Shown here: positions 47,013-57,340 of the stretch, piece by piece
How positions within the stretch are numbered: the first letter of the stretch is position 1
Layout of the letters: each line of letters opens with the position of its first letter
Assembly: GCA_040388415.1 (NCBI GenBank)
Contig: JAZKBV010000001.1
Location: 138,369 to 202,368, forward strand
Origin: Patescibacteria group bacterium
Lineage (GTDB): Bacteria; Patescibacteriota; Minisyncoccia; Phycocordibacterales; PALSA-1337
DNA: 64,000 nt
Direction: 5' to 3'
Notes under the pieces: model-generated
The model's database searches: none
Told to the model about the DNA's origin: nothing
What the model saw: only the letters and a program-made list of their open reading frames with translations
Position numbers and translations under genes: made by a program

Positions 47013-48824
47013 ATGAAAAAAATACCCAAAAATAATAAAAAAGCTGAATCTAGAATCTGGAATCTTGGTTTGCTGTATTCTTCAGCAACTGATCCTCAGA
47101 TAGAAAAAGATGTTGTTGCCTTTGAGGGTATAGTTGAATCATTTGCTCAGCAATTTGAACCAAAAGAAGGGAGCGTGAAATCTTTTTTAAGTGATAACTC
47201 AACTCTACTCGAAGCGCTGAAACAATACGAAAAAATTGCAGCCAATTCCGCTATACGTGCGATGCGTTATTTTCATTTCATTAAAGATACTAACGCAAGC
47301 AGTACATTCGCATCCGCGCAATATGATTTGCTTGAAAATCGTTTAACAAGTGCTTCTAATAAGATTACTTTTTTTGGAGTATTACTCGGTAAAGTATCAA
47401 ATAGCAGACAAAAAGAAATACTTTCAAATGATGTATTTTCTCACTTTAAAGTTTTTCTCGAAAGATTGTTCGATGATGCAAAACATACTCTGACAGTCTC
47501 GGAAGAAAAAATCCTTAATCTTAAATCATTGCCAGGGCACAGTATGTGGGTCTCAGCAACTAGCCGTATTCTGAATGTTAAAAGTGTTAAATGGCAAAAT
47601 AAGGAACTACCACTTGCTGCTGCCATGCAGAAAATAGCTACTTTACCTACGACCTCGCAAAGGAAAAAATTGGCCGGTTTGGTGAATGAAGCATGGAAGA
47701 CAGTTGCACCTGTCGCAGAGGCTGAGATCAATGCTATTTTTACTAACAAAAAAATTGACGATGAGCTCCGTGGATTTCCTGAACCATATTCGGGAACAGT
47801 GCTTAGTTATCGCAATGATCCAAAAGTCGTCGATCAATTAAGAAAAGTTGTGACTGATCATGTTCATATTTCTCATGATTTTCATAGACTTAAAGCGCGC
47901 TTATTGAAGCAAAAGAAGCTCGGCTACTATGATCGTGCCGCAAAAATCGGGGCAACCAAGTCGACGTATCCATTTGATGAAACAATATCAAAACTTAAAA
48001 ATATTTTTGGTAAGCTTAATCCAAAATTCAGTGACATCCTCGATAGTTACATTAAGAATGGTCAGATGGACGTCTTCCCTCGAGCTGGAAAACGTAGTGG
48101 TGCTTACTGTGCAAGTGCATTTGGTAATCCTACTTTTGTTCTGCTCAATCATACAGACAACTTGTACTCGTTCATGACCTGCGCGCATGAGCTCGGCCAT
48201 GCGATACATGGTGAACTATCTGAAGGTCAAGGTGCATTGTATTGCGATTATTCATATTCAACAGCCGAGACCGCGAGCACACTTTTTGAAGCTATTGGCT
48301 TTGAGGGTATCTATGATTCGCTATCAGATAAGGAAAAGATTATCGCACTGCACGATCGCATAAATGATGACGTTGCAACAATATTTCGTCAAATCGCAGG
48401 ATTTAATTTTGAGTTAGAGCTTCACAAGACAATACGTGCAAAAGGGTATATCTCAAAAGAGGAAATCGTCGATATTCATAACAAGAATATGTCTGCCTAT
48501 TTGGGTCCAGTATTTGATCTTACAAAAGATGATGGATATTTCTTTGTCACGTGGGAGCATATTCGCTATTTCTTCTATATGTATACCTATGCCTATGGGA
48601 CGCTCGTATCCAAGGCGCTCTTACGCAAATATCGCAAGGATCCGAGCTTCTGGAAAAATATAGAGAAATTCCTTTTGGCTGGAGGTAAAGATTCACCAGA
48701 AAATATATTTAAGGAGATCGGCATCGATGTTTCTTCTCCTGAATTCTTCAAAGAAGGTCTCATGGAAATCGCTGATGATATCAAAGAGCTCGATCGTTTG
48801 ACGAAGAAACATGTCCGCGCTTAA
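47013..48824 (+). CDS. pepF: Oligoendopeptidase F (M3B)
   Basis: WNL..LY, GKRSGAYC, AHELGHAIH, AETAS, FYMYTYAYG. Confidence 0.93.
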   Translation: MKKIPKNNKKAESRIWNLGLLYSSATDPQIEKDVVAFEGIVESFAQQFEPKEGSVKSFLSDNSTLLEALKQYEKIAANSAIRAMRYFHFIKDTNASSTFASAQYDLLENRLTSASNKITFFGVLLGKVSNSRQKEILSNDVFSHFKVFLERLFDDAKHTLTVSEEKILNLKSLPGHSMWVSATSRILNVKSVKWQNKELPLAAAMQKIATLPTTSQRKKLAGLVNEAWKTVAPVAEAEINAIFTNKKIDDELRGFPEPYSGTVLSYRNDPKVVDQLRKVVTDHVHISHDFHRLKARLLKQKKLGYYDRAAKIGATKSTYPFDETISKLKNIFGKLNPKFSDILDSYIKNGQMDVFPRAGKRSGAYCASAFGNPTFVLLNHTDNLYSFMTCAHELGHAIHGELSEGQGALYCDYSYSTAETASTLFEAIGFEGIYDSLSDKEKIIALHDRINDDVATIFRQIAGFNFELELHKTIRAKGYISKEEIVDIHNKNMSAYLGPVFDLTKDDGYFFVTWEHIRYFFYMYTYAYGTLVSKALLRKYRKDPSFWKNIEKFLLAGGKDSPENIFKEIGIDVSSPEFFKEGLMEIADDIKELDRLTKKHVRA

Positions 48825-48861
48825 AGGACGTTGCGCAGACATGATTCCACAGAATCAAAAA
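48811..48861. repeat. Two-hairpin dispersed element, copy 2 (overlaps pepF stop)
   Basis: ATGTCCGCGC-ttaaaggacgtt-GCGCAGACA-TGATTC-caca-GAATCA. Confidence 0.8.
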
Positions 48862-48886
48862 TGACAGCCTCTTGTATGTGAGGCTG

Positions 48887-49318
48887 TCAGTGGGCTAGCT
48901 TAAGACGTCTAGTTTCTTTTCGGTAAATGATGAAGAGGGTATTTTTGAGATCACGGAGCTTCAAGCTGGGGTAAGCAACAACGACATGGATATCTCTGCC
49001 ATTCTCAGTGATGAATTGTTCAGCTGCTTTCGGTGAGCTTTTGACTTGAATGGGGATCGAAAACTCGGTGATTAACCAATTTTCCGTTCTTGCTGTTGCC
49101 CGTATTCTGAAGTCGATTTTCTTGAGGAGATCCTCTTGGGCAGTTGCCCGCGAGATGCCGTGAGCCCACCTGAGCATGTAGTTCTCAATGAGATATCGCA
49201 TCTTTGCTTCAAAGATGACCTCAGACTCATCGCCCCGCTTTTCACCTTGATTCTGTTCTTTACCGATAAACCAGTTTTTAACGTCTTCCGCATGCTGTCG
49301 CTCTGCAGCTTTTGACAT
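48887..49318 (-). CDS. Orphan protein, probable PD-(D/E)xK nuclease fold
   Basis: GDESE, EDLLKKIDF, IPIQVKSS; SD GAAAGGA. Confidence 0.6.
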   Translation of the reverse strand: MSKAAERQHAEDVKNWFIGKEQNQGEKRGDESEVIFEAKMRYLIENYMLRWAHGISRATAQEDLLKKIDFRIRATARTENWLITEFSIPIQVKSSPKAAEQFITENGRDIHVVVAYPSLKLRDLKNTLFIIYRKETRRLKLAH

Positions 49319-49435
49319 AGGGAATCCTTTCAGTTGTTCAAAATAAATATAGATTACTTTTTATATTTTGTCAAACTTCATTTTTTGAGTGAAAATCATT
49401 TTGAAAAAACGGCATATTTTGCTACACTTGCACAC

Positions 49436-51352
49436 ATGCAAAAGAGTTTAACCTCATCAGAAATTCGCTCGCGATTCCTCGCTTTCTTTGAAAAGCGCGG
49501 ACATACTATCATCCCATCCGCATCTCTTGTGACGAGTGATGAGAAAGGCGTGACCAATCCGACCCTCTTCAACACAGCAGGTATGCAACCGCTCATACCG
49601 TATCTCTTGGGTGAGCCGTATATGAAAGACGGCAAGACAGTCATTCGACTTGTTGATGCCCAAAAATGCGTACGCACCGTCGACATCGACGATATTGGCG
49701 ACAAAACACATGCGACATTTTTTGAAATGCTCGGTAACTGGTCTCTCGGTGATTATTTTAAGAAAGAAGCGATTGAGTGGAGCTTTGAATTTTTGACGAA
49801 CCCTATCGATGCTCCTATTGGTGATCAAGGTCTCGGTCTTGATCCGAATCGACTTTATGTATCAGTTTTTGAAGGAGATGCTGTGGCGCCACGCGATGAA
49901 GAAGCTGCAAATATTTGGCGCGATATTTTCAAGAAAAATAGAATCGATGGTGGTGGCGATACGTCTGCTGGTGAAGCGGGTCGTATATTTTATTTACCCG
50001 CCAAAAACAACTGGTGGGAAGCAGGTGAGAATGGTCCCTGTGGTCCAGATACAGAGATGTTCTATGACGTTGAGAATAAATTTAGTGGCAAACTTTTGAC
50101 TCATGTTGAATATGTCGCTGCGGATGATGTCCGCGATGTTCTCGAAGTGTGGAATGACGTTTTCATGCAGTATGAGAAGAAAGATGGAAAGATTATCGGC
50201 AAATTGCCAAAGCCTTCTGTTGATACTGGTGCTGGCCTCGAGCGTCTCACAATGACATTACAGGGAGTCGACAATATCTATGATACGGATCTATTGAAAC
50301 CAGTGATGGATAAGATACAAGAGCTTTCGAAGAATTGGGAAATTAAATCAGCGCGAATTGTGGCTGATCATATCAAGGCGGCAGTTCACCTAATTGCGGA
50401 TGGGGTTGTTCCATCAAATACAGATAGAGGATATGTTCTGCGCAAGCTTATTCGTAGAGCGGTCAGGCATTCAGATATTTTGAAGATGAACGGAAACTTG
50501 ATTGAGATTGCTCAATTGATTCAAGTGCAGTATTCAGAGATATATATAAATACTATTAGTACCGACAGTGGTTTGAATATACAGAATGTCATTCAAGCTG
50601 AAGTCGGTAAATTTAACGAAACCCTCAAGCATGGCCTCAAAGAGTTTGAGAAAATAGCCGTGAAAGATATTTCAGCTCACGATGCCTTTTCATTGTTTTC
50701 AAGCTACGGTTTTCCGATCGAGCTTACAGTTGAATTAGCGAAAGAAAAGGGGATTAAAGTTGATACGGAAGGATTTGAAATTGAATTCAAAAAACACCAA
50801 GACCTCTCACGCTCCGGCGCAGAACAGAAATTCAAAGGAGGTCTCGCTGATGCGAATGACCCTATGGTGCTCCGCTATCACACCGCGACGCACTTGCTTC
50901 ATCAAGCTCTTCACGATGTTCTCGGCGAAGGCACGGGCGACCAGAAAGGTTCAAATATCACTGCTGAGCGCCTCCGCTTCGACTTTACTGGCGTAAAGCT
51001 CACTGATGAGCAGAAAAAGAAGGTAGAAGATATCGTCAATGAAAAGATCGTCGCTAAACTACCGATGAGCCAGATCATCATGCCAAAAGCAGAAGCTGAA
51101 CAGACAGGTGCGCGCCATTTTTTCAGCGAAAAGTATGGTGATGAGATCTCTATCTATTTTATCGGTCCAATCGCAGGTTCAACACCAACAAAAACTGATC
51201 TCGCCAATGCGTACTCAAAAGAATTTTGTGGCGGCCCGCATGTGACAAATACTGCTGAGCTCGCAGGTCCAGAAGGTAAGTGGAAGTTCAAAATACAAAA
51301 AGAAGAAGCAAGCTCGCAAGGTGTACGACGTATCAAGGCAGTACTCGCATAG
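49436..51352 (+). CDS. alaS: Alanine--tRNA ligase (compact, no C-Ala domain)
   Basis: QKCVR, HATFFEMLGNWS, CGPDTE, DTGAGLER, editing HTATH, EFCGGPHV; ends GVRRIKAVL. Confidence 0.98.
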   Translation: MQKSLTSSEIRSRFLAFFEKRGHTIIPSASLVTSDEKGVTNPTLFNTAGMQPLIPYLLGEPYMKDGKTVIRLVDAQKCVRTVDIDDIGDKTHATFFEMLGNWSLGDYFKKEAIEWSFEFLTNPIDAPIGDQGLGLDPNRLYVSVFEGDAVAPRDEEAANIWRDIFKKNRIDGGGDTSAGEAGRIFYLPAKNNWWEAGENGPCGPDTEMFYDVENKFSGKLLTHVEYVAADDVRDVLEVWNDVFMQYEKKDGKIIGKLPKPSVDTGAGLERLTMTLQGVDNIYDTDLLKPVMDKIQELSKNWEIKSARIVADHIKAAVHLIADGVVPSNTDRGYVLRKLIRRAVRHSDILKMNGNLIEIAQLIQVQYSEIYINTISTDSGLNIQNVIQAEVGKFNETLKHGLKEFEKIAVKDISAHDAFSLFSSYGFPIELTVELAKEKGIKVDTEGFEIEFKKHQDLSRSGAEQKFKGGLADANDPMVLRYHTATHLLHQALHDVLGEGTGDQKGSNITAERLRFDFTGVKLTDEQKKKVEDIVNEKIVAKLPMSQIIMPKAEAEQTGARHFFSEKYGDEISIYFIGPIAGSTPTKTDLANAYSKEFCGGPHVTNTAELAGPEGKWKFKIQKEEASSQGVRRIKAVLA

Positions 51353-51376
51353 AATCACCTATGATATAATTTGCGG

Positions 51377-52531
51377 GTGAATCTCTTTTCTCATACATCA
51401 AAGGATCAGCTCAACCTTATCATCGACATTCAAAGCTCAGTCGTACGCGGATCTCTCGTTTTGTTGCGCGCTGGACAGTTGCCGTACATCGTGTGGACTG
51501 AAAGCGTTGATATTACCTACCGCACCAATACCCGTAGCGCATTTCTCGTCGATACAACAGTAAAGGGAGTCAAAATAGTTGCTACATCAGCCCATACCTA
51601 TGTTCGCAATGCTACAGCTCATCCTGGTTTGCCGAGCCATATCTTCAAAGTGCACTGCGTCCTTTCTTCTCCCTGGATCGTTTCGCAAGCGCGCACAATC
51701 AATCAGCAGTTTGAAAGAGAAACCAAGATCACTCGCGCGCATGTCAACGATATCATCAAAGGCGAGCGTGCTGAGCTCGCAAAGCAAAGCGAAGATAGTC
51801 TTATCGGCATTGAGGAAAAGATATTCGATGTGCGCCTCAACGGCTACTCTATCGCGCAATGGGAAGGTGCGCTCAGTCATACTCTCGAAGTCTCTTTTGC
51901 AGTCAGTCTCGCAGGCAAGCATATTATCGAGCGTTTTACCGATGCCAGCAAGCATGCCGGCGTTTCCGGTTCCCATGTAGATTTTCATTCATCACTACTT
52001 TTGCAGCATATTGGGCTGAGCGACCATTTCGCTTCAAGCATACCGCATGTACTCGTTCATGTTCATGGCGAATTGACTGATATTGTCGTTGCATCTGGAC
52101 AGACCTGTATTTTGTTCGGGTCGCACCCGATCGGCGTGCGCAGCATCATCCGCAAACTATCGCATCAGCTCAAGATCACTGACTCGACTGCTGATTCACT
52201 ATTGAAGATGTATGAAGATGGCCATATAGATCCGATACACGGTGCGAGCGATATCGAGATCATTCATAAAATATTGGCTACATGGACTGATAACTGCCAC
52301 AAAGTCACTGATCTTGTGCCAGTGAACCATGTAGCAAATCTTGCAATGATCTCCGCGCGCTTTCATGAAGTAATCTTCAAAAATACATTCGCAGCAGGGT
52401 ATCCTTCGTTCAAGATCGAAACTTTGCCTGAAGAAAATATATTTGCGCTCGCTGCTTTTGATCCGGGTATTGAACGATTGCGCCTCACTGTCCTCTATAC
52501 AGTTGCTATTCACAGCCTCGAAACTCTTTGA
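51377..52531 (+). CDS. FtsA/actin-like-fold hypothetical protein
   Basis: LIIDIQSSVV, LVHVHGELTDI, PIG..II pattern. Confidence 0.6.
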   Translation: MNLFSHTSKDQLNLIIDIQSSVVRGSLVLLRAGQLPYIVWTESVDITYRTNTRSAFLVDTTVKGVKIVATSAHTYVRNATAHPGLPSHIFKVHCVLSSPWIVSQARTINQQFERETKITRAHVNDIIKGERAELAKQSEDSLIGIEEKIFDVRLNGYSIAQWEGALSHTLEVSFAVSLAGKHIIERFTDASKHAGVSGSHVDFHSSLLLQHIGLSDHFASSIPHVLVHVHGELTDIVVASGQTCILFGSHPIGVRSIIRKLSHQLKITDSTADSLLKMYEDGHIDPIHGASDIEIIHKILATWTDNCHKVTDLVPVNHVANLAMISARFHEVIFKNTFAAGYPSFKIETLPEENIFALAAFDPGIERLRLTVLYTVAIHSLETL

Positions 52532-52573
52532 TAGAAAGGCGAGTGTGGTATAATCTACCCATACCATCTTTAT

Positions 52574-53929
52574 ATGCCACGTAGAGTCCAAGACATCATA
52601 CCGGCTAACCGTCGGTCCATACGTGATATCCCTGCCAGTCAATCCTCAGCATACGAGGCCTCTCTTCGTACTCCTTCAAAAGACCAAAAAATCACTATCC
52701 ATCGCCAACACATTGCGCCTCCTGAACCGGTCGAGCCTCCAGTTGTACAGAAAAAGCCGCGCAAGCGTAAAAAGTTCCCATGGGCACTCAGCATCATCGG
52801 TGTCGTCGTGGTCTGCGCAGGTATTGGCTTCTTCATATCAAGCCATTTCGCTTCGGCCACATTCACGCTGACACCAAAAGTTTTACCAGTTGCAGTCAAT
52901 GGCACGTATATTATACCTGCAACATCGGCGACGACCTTCGGTTATGAAGTTACCACTCTTGCTGGCACTGCAAGCACCACTATCCCTGCGACACTTGGTA
53001 CATATACTGAAAGTAAAGCTCAAGGAAAGATTACTGTTTACAATGCATATAGCGCCCAGTCGCAACGCCTCGTCGCTGGCACGCGTTTGGCGGGCGAATC
53101 CGGACTCGTATATCGATTGACCAGTTCGATCGTTATCCCTGGCTACACCAAATCAGGCTCGACTATTCTCCCTGGTAGCATAGTGACGACAATAATCGCA
53201 GAAAAGGCTGGCGCAGATTATAATATTTCACGAGCTGATTCGATCAGTGATCTCAAAGTCATTGCATACAAAGGCACGATCAAATATGCCGGATTCTATG
53301 CACGTCTTGCGGGAGATGTTGTTGGAGGTTTTGCTGGCACAAAGACGATCGTCTCGCCTACGCTCCTCGCTTCGACAACCGCTCTCGTTCAAAATGATCT
53401 CATCTCGGATCTGCAGCGTCGTTTGATGAATACGATTCCTGAAGGTTATGTCATGTATCCGGGCGTGTACGCAAAAACAGTTACTGCACCTATGGTCACT
53501 TCAGTAGATGCAAAAAATGCGCGCATTGCAGTTGGTGCCACTGTATATGCGGTCATGTTTAAAAAAGTGGATTTTGCTCGATTCCTCGCAGGAGCTTCAT
53601 CGACCTCAATGTTCGGTGCCGCTGGATATACGACTCCTGATATCGATAGCATCTCATTTACTCTGGCAAATGCCAAAGACTTTGCTCCGCTCAAGAAAAC
53701 CAATATCGCTGCCCGTATCAATGGAGCTTTTAAGCTTGTTGGTTCTATCCCAACTGACACTATCAAGCACGGCGTAGCTGGTATTTCTCTCAGTAAAACG
53801 CGTGATATATTGAAAAAATACGCATCAGTTATCGATCTGACCAATAGCGCAGGAGAAATCAATCCTCCATGGGTCAGTACGGTGCCAACTGATGAAAGTC
53901 ACATATCGATCGTGGTCAAAACCCCCTAA
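52574..53929 (+). CDS. Conserved membrane-anchored protein (baseplate-J-like extracellular domain)
   Basis: QDIIP N-terminus, TM helix, KAQGKITVYN..QRLVAGTR, A...G..YNI. Confidence 0.7.
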   Translation: MPRRVQDIIPANRRSIRDIPASQSSAYEASLRTPSKDQKITIHRQHIAPPEPVEPPVVQKKPRKRKKFPWALSIIGVVVVCAGIGFFISSHFASATFTLTPKVLPVAVNGTYIIPATSATTFGYEVTTLAGTASTTIPATLGTYTESKAQGKITVYNAYSAQSQRLVAGTRLAGESGLVYRLTSSIVIPGYTKSGSTILPGSIVTTIIAEKAGADYNISRADSISDLKVIAYKGTIKYAGFYARLAGDVVGGFAGTKTIVSPTLLASTTALVQNDLISDLQRRLMNTIPEGYVMYPGVYAKTVTAPMVTSVDAKNARIAVGATVYAVMFKKVDFARFLAGASSTSMFGAAGYTTPDIDSISFTLANAKDFAPLKKTNIAARINGAFKLVGSIPTDTIKHGVAGISLSKTRDILKKYASVIDLTNSAGEINPPWVSTVPTDESHISIVVKTP

Positions 53930-53944
53930 AAGGCCATATAAGGC

Positions 53945-53973
53945 TTGACACTTTTTCGTCGCTCTGCTAAGCT
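53945..53973 (+). promoter_or_regulatory. Promoter of the infA-rpsI cluster
   Basis: TTGACA-17-TAAGCT with extended TG. Confidence 0.65.
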
Positions 53974-53993
53974 ACCGAGACGTGCTCATTCGC

Positions 53994-54215
53994 ATGAATA
54001 CTACGAACCAAGCAAAGAAAATTCTTAAAGGCATAATAGTTGAAGCGTTGCCTGATACACTCTTCCGAGTTCAACTCGAGGATAGTGAAGAGATTATTCT
54101 TGCATATCTCGCCGGTAAGATGAGAATGAATCGTATCCGTGTCCTCGTCGGCGATAAAGTCGAGCTCGAACAGGATCAGTATGGAGGCAAGGCACGCATT
54201 ACGAGACGCTTTTAG
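53994..54215 (+). CDS. infA: Translation initiation factor IF-1
   Basis: EALPDTLFRV, AGKMR..RIRVL.GDKV. Confidence 0.97.
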   Translation: MNTTNQAKKILKGIIVEALPDTLFRVQLEDSEEIILAYLAGKMRMNRIRVLVGDKVELEQDQYGGKARITRRF

Positions 54216-54239
54216 AATATTTAGTAATACATACATCAC

Positions 54240-54356
54240 ATGCGCGTAAAAGCATCAGTCAAAAAAATATGTGCCAAGTGTAACGTAGTTCGCCGTGGTG
54301 GCTACGTCTATGTTGCATGTAAGTCGAACCCTCGTCACAAGCAACGTCAGGGATAA
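54240..54356 (+). CDS. rpmJ: 50S ribosomal protein L36 (absent from ORF track)
   Basis: [38 protein letters not shown]. Confidence 0.98.
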   Translation: MRVKASVKKICAKCNVVRRGGYVYVACKSNPRHKQRQG

Positions 54357-54385
54357 TCAAATAAATTTTTCAATATAACATTACT

Positions 54386-54766
54386 ATGAGAATCCTCGGT
54401 ATTACACTCCCAGAAAATAAGAGAATGGAAATCGCATTGACGGTTGTCTACGGTATTGGACGACCTCGTGCTCTCCATATTTTGAAGACAGTCGAAGTTG
54501 ATCCATCAGTCAAGCCAAAGGATCTCACTGTTGATCAGGAAAATGCGATTCGTAAGCTCATTGAAGGCTTCAAGATTGAAGGTGACCTCAAGCGTGAAGT
54601 TGCCGGTAACATCAAGCGTCTCAAGGATATCAAGACGTACCGTGGCAATCGTCACGCCCGTCATCTACCAGCTCGCGGTCAGCGCACCAAGACCAACTCT
54701 CGTACCGTCCGCGGTAACGTAAGAAAGACCATGGGATCTGGTCGCCGTAAGGAAGAGAAGACGTAG
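54386..54766 (+). CDS. rpsM: 30S ribosomal protein S13
   Basis: YGIG, RGQRTKTN. Confidence 0.98.
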   Translation: MRILGITLPENKRMEIALTVVYGIGRPRALHILKTVEVDPSVKPKDLTVDQENAIRKLIEGFKIEGDLKREVAGNIKRLKDIKTYRGNRHARHLPARGQRTKTNSRTVRGNVRKTMGSGRRKEEKT

Positions 54767-54771
54767 GCATG

Positions 54772-54816
54772 ACACGAATCTACGAATCAAGCACGAATAC
54801 TACGAATCACGAATAC
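54772..54816 (+). repeat. ACGAAT short-repeat cluster, copy 2 (five units)
   Basis: acACGAATctACGAATcaagcACGAATactACGAATcACGAATac. Confidence 0.8.
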
Positions 54817-54844
54817 CACAAATAATTAAACAAATAACAAACAC

Positions 54845-55285
54845 ATGGGAAAGAATAAAATCGCAACTGAAGACAAGACAACAAAAGCGCCAGCAACAGA
54901 TGCTGCGCCAAAGGTTGTTTCTGCTAGTTCAAAGAAGCGTGTCGAGTCAGGCATTCTCCATGTTCAGTCTACGTATAACAATACAAAGGTTATGTTGACT
55001 GATACAAAGGGTAACGCTCTCATGTGGGGTTCAAGTGGTGGTGCAGGTTTCCGTGGCGCAAAGAAAGGAACACCATTCGCAGCTGCAAAGGTTGGCGAAA
55101 CTCTCGCTCTCAAAGCGCAAGTTATCGGTCTCAAAGAGGTCGCTGTTGTTGTCAAAGGTGTCGGATCTGGCCGTGAATCAGCTATCCGCGGTTTCATCAG
55201 CAAGGGTGTTCTCATTACTTCTATCAAGGATGAGACTCCTGTGCCTTTCAATGGTCCAAAGCCAAAGAAGCCACGTCGTGTTTAG
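54845..55285 (+). CDS. rpsK: 30S ribosomal protein S11
   Basis: STYNNT, KKGTPFAA, GRESAIR, TPVPFNG. Confidence 0.98.
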   Translation: MGKNKIATEDKTTKAPATDAAPKVVSASSKKRVESGILHVQSTYNNTKVMLTDTKGNALMWGSSGGAGFRGAKKGTPFAAAKVGETLALKAQVIGLKEVAVVVKGVGSGRESAIRGFISKGVLITSIKDETPVPFNGPKPKKPRRV

Positions 55286-55321
55286 TCTTTATTTTAATTC
55301 ATAATTATTTAATTTACTCAT

Positions 55322-55927
55322 ATGCAAATTGGTCCACGATACAAAAAAGCTCGCTATCTCGGTGCCCCAGTCTTTCGCAAGACTCAGACACAGAAGTTTG
55401 CGTTGCGTTCTGAGGCAAAAACCAAGAACACAAAGCGTCGTGGCAACAAGAGTGAATTCGGCCGCCAGATGCTCGAAAAGCAAAAGGCTCGTTACAGTTA
55501 CGGTGTATCGGCTGGCCAGTTTAGCAAGTATGTTAAGCAGGCTCTCCAAACAACAGGTGACAACTCAAAGAACCTTCTCGGTATTCTTGAAGGTCGTCTC
55601 GATAACGTTGTTTTGCGCGCAGGTTTCGCTCTCAGTCGTTCAGCTGCTCGTCAGATGGTTTCTCACGGACATATCACCGTCAACGGCGTAAAGATCACTA
55701 TTCCTTCATACGAAGTTTCAGTCGGCGATACCATCACGATCCGCGAAGGCAGTAAGAACAAGGCCCTTTTTGCAAAATTGGACGAGGAGCTCAAGGCAGT
55801 CAAAGCTCCTGCATGGCTTGCGGTCAACCCAGAGACGAAAGTCATCAAGGTTGAAGGCATACCTGCGATTGACACGACTGAGCTTTTGTTCGATGTAAAG
55901 TCAGTGCTCGAGTTCTTCACACGCTAG
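55322..55927 (+). CDS. rpsD: 30S ribosomal protein S4
   Basis: SEFGRQMLEKQK, LEGRLDNVV, ARQMVSHGH. Confidence 0.98.
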   Translation: MQIGPRYKKARYLGAPVFRKTQTQKFALRSEAKTKNTKRRGNKSEFGRQMLEKQKARYSYGVSAGQFSKYVKQALQTTGDNSKNLLGILEGRLDNVVLRAGFALSRSAARQMVSHGHITVNGVKITIPSYEVSVGDTITIREGSKNKALFAKLDEELKAVKAPAWLAVNPETKVIKVEGIPAIDTTELLFDVKSVLEFFTR

Positions 55928-55983
55928 ACATTAGTAATTTTTAGTGTATAATTAATCGTCTATTTATTTTAATATAAAAAACC

Positions 55984-56949
55984 ATGACATACGACGTCAT
56001 TCTCCCATCAAAACCAAAGATCGTTCGTGAGGAAGGCATGAACGGTGTCTACGAAATCGACGGACTTTATCCGGGTTACGGTCACACGCTCGGCAACTCG
56101 CTCCGCCGTATTATTTTGTCGTCTTTGCCAGGTGCAGCTATCACAAAGGTCAAGATCGCTGGTGTCGAACACGAATTCTCAGCTATCAATGGCGTCAAAG
56201 AAGATGTCATCACTCTTTTGCTCAATATCAAGAAGCTCCGTATCCGTCTCACAGGCGACGAAGCAGTTGTTCTCAATCTCAAAGCTAAAGGTGTCTCAGA
56301 AGTTTCAGCAAAGGATATCGAAGTCCCTGGACAGGCTGAGATTTTGAACCCAGATCTCCATATCGCTTCACTTACCGACAAGTCATCAGCACTCGACATT
56401 GAACTCACGGTCGAGAAGGGTCTCGGCTATGTTCCAAAGGAAGTTCTACAAAAGGATCGCGTTGATATAGGCTCAATCACTCTCGATGCAGCGTTTACAC
56501 CTATTCGTAAGGCAAACTACGAAGTAGAGAACATGCGCGTCGGCGACCGTACAGACTTCAATCGTATCCGCTTGTCAATCGAGACAGATGGTACCATCAC
56601 TCCACGCGAAGCTCTCGAGCAGTCGATCACTCTCATGATCCACCAGCTCAAAGCTATTGTTGGTTTCAAGGAAGAGGAGGTTGTTGTCGAAGCAGTTGAT
56701 GCAGGCGACAAGGGTGAAGCTAAGTCAGACAAGATCGAGATGGACTCAGAACTCATGAAGACTCGTGTTGATTCTCTTGGTCTCTCTGGTCGTACCACAA
56801 AGGCTCTTGCAGCAGCGAACATCCGTACTCTTGGAGGCCTTGCACGCAAGAAGGAGTCAGATATCATGGATATCGATGGTCTCGGTGCAAAGGGCATTCA
56901 GGAGATCAAAAAGCTCCTTGCTGGCCATGGTATAACGATGAAGCAATAA
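55984..56949 (+). CDS. rpoA: RNA polymerase subunit alpha
   Basis: GYGHTLGNSLRRIILSS, HEFSAI.GVKED. Confidence 0.99.
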   Translation: MTYDVILPSKPKIVREEGMNGVYEIDGLYPGYGHTLGNSLRRIILSSLPGAAITKVKIAGVEHEFSAINGVKEDVITLLLNIKKLRIRLTGDEAVVLNLKAKGVSEVSAKDIEVPGQAEILNPDLHIASLTDKSSALDIELTVEKGLGYVPKEVLQKDRVDIGSITLDAAFTPIRKANYEVENMRVGDRTDFNRIRLSIETDGTITPREALEQSITLMIHQLKAIVGFKEEEVVVEAVDAGDKGEAKSDKIEMDSELMKTRVDSLGLSGRTTKALAAANIRTLGGLARKKESDIMDIDGLGAKGIQEIKKLLAGHGITMKQ

Positions 56950-56970
56950 TTTACGATTTAATTTACTACA

Positions 56971-57321
56971 ATGAGACACCATTCAAATGTGAGAAAATTC
57001 GGCCGAGAAAAGACACAGCGTCACGCTTTGATGCGTTCTCTTGCACGTAACTTGATCCGCGACGGTCGTATCCAGACTACTCTCGCAAAGGCAAAGGAAA
57101 CACGCCCTTTTGTCGAGAAGCTTGTCACCACAGCCAAGTCAGCTACTGTTGCTTCACGCCGTCTCCTCAGCACTCGTCTTCAGGGTGCTCCAGAGGTCAA
57201 GAAGCTTGTTGACGTCATCGCGCCAAAGTATGCTGATCGCAAGGGCGGTTACACTCGCATCGTTCGCATGCCAGATCGCGATTTGGACAACAGTCCGATG
57301 GCTTTGATCGAATTTGTATAA
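56971..57321 (+). CDS. rplQ: 50S ribosomal protein L17
   Basis: MRH, I.TT.AKAKE, RKGGYTRI. Confidence 0.98.
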   Translation: MRHHSNVRKFGREKTQRHALMRSLARNLIRDGRIQTTLAKAKETRPFVEKLVTTAKSATVASRRLLSTRLQGAPEVKKLVDVIAPKYADRKGGYTRIVRMPDRDLDNSPMALIEFV

Positions 57322-57340
57322 TTATATTATTACCACCACC

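Noticed and set aside
49436-51352. Short alaS, short uvrC, and rplU without rpmA as pseudogenes or anomalies
   Set aside because: Catalytic motifs are intact and ends are clean; compact forms and split operons are expected in reduced genomes.
54772-54816. ACGAAT repeats as a CRISPR array
   Set aside because: Units are 6 nt with 1-6 nt gaps; there are no spacer-length intervals and no cas genes.
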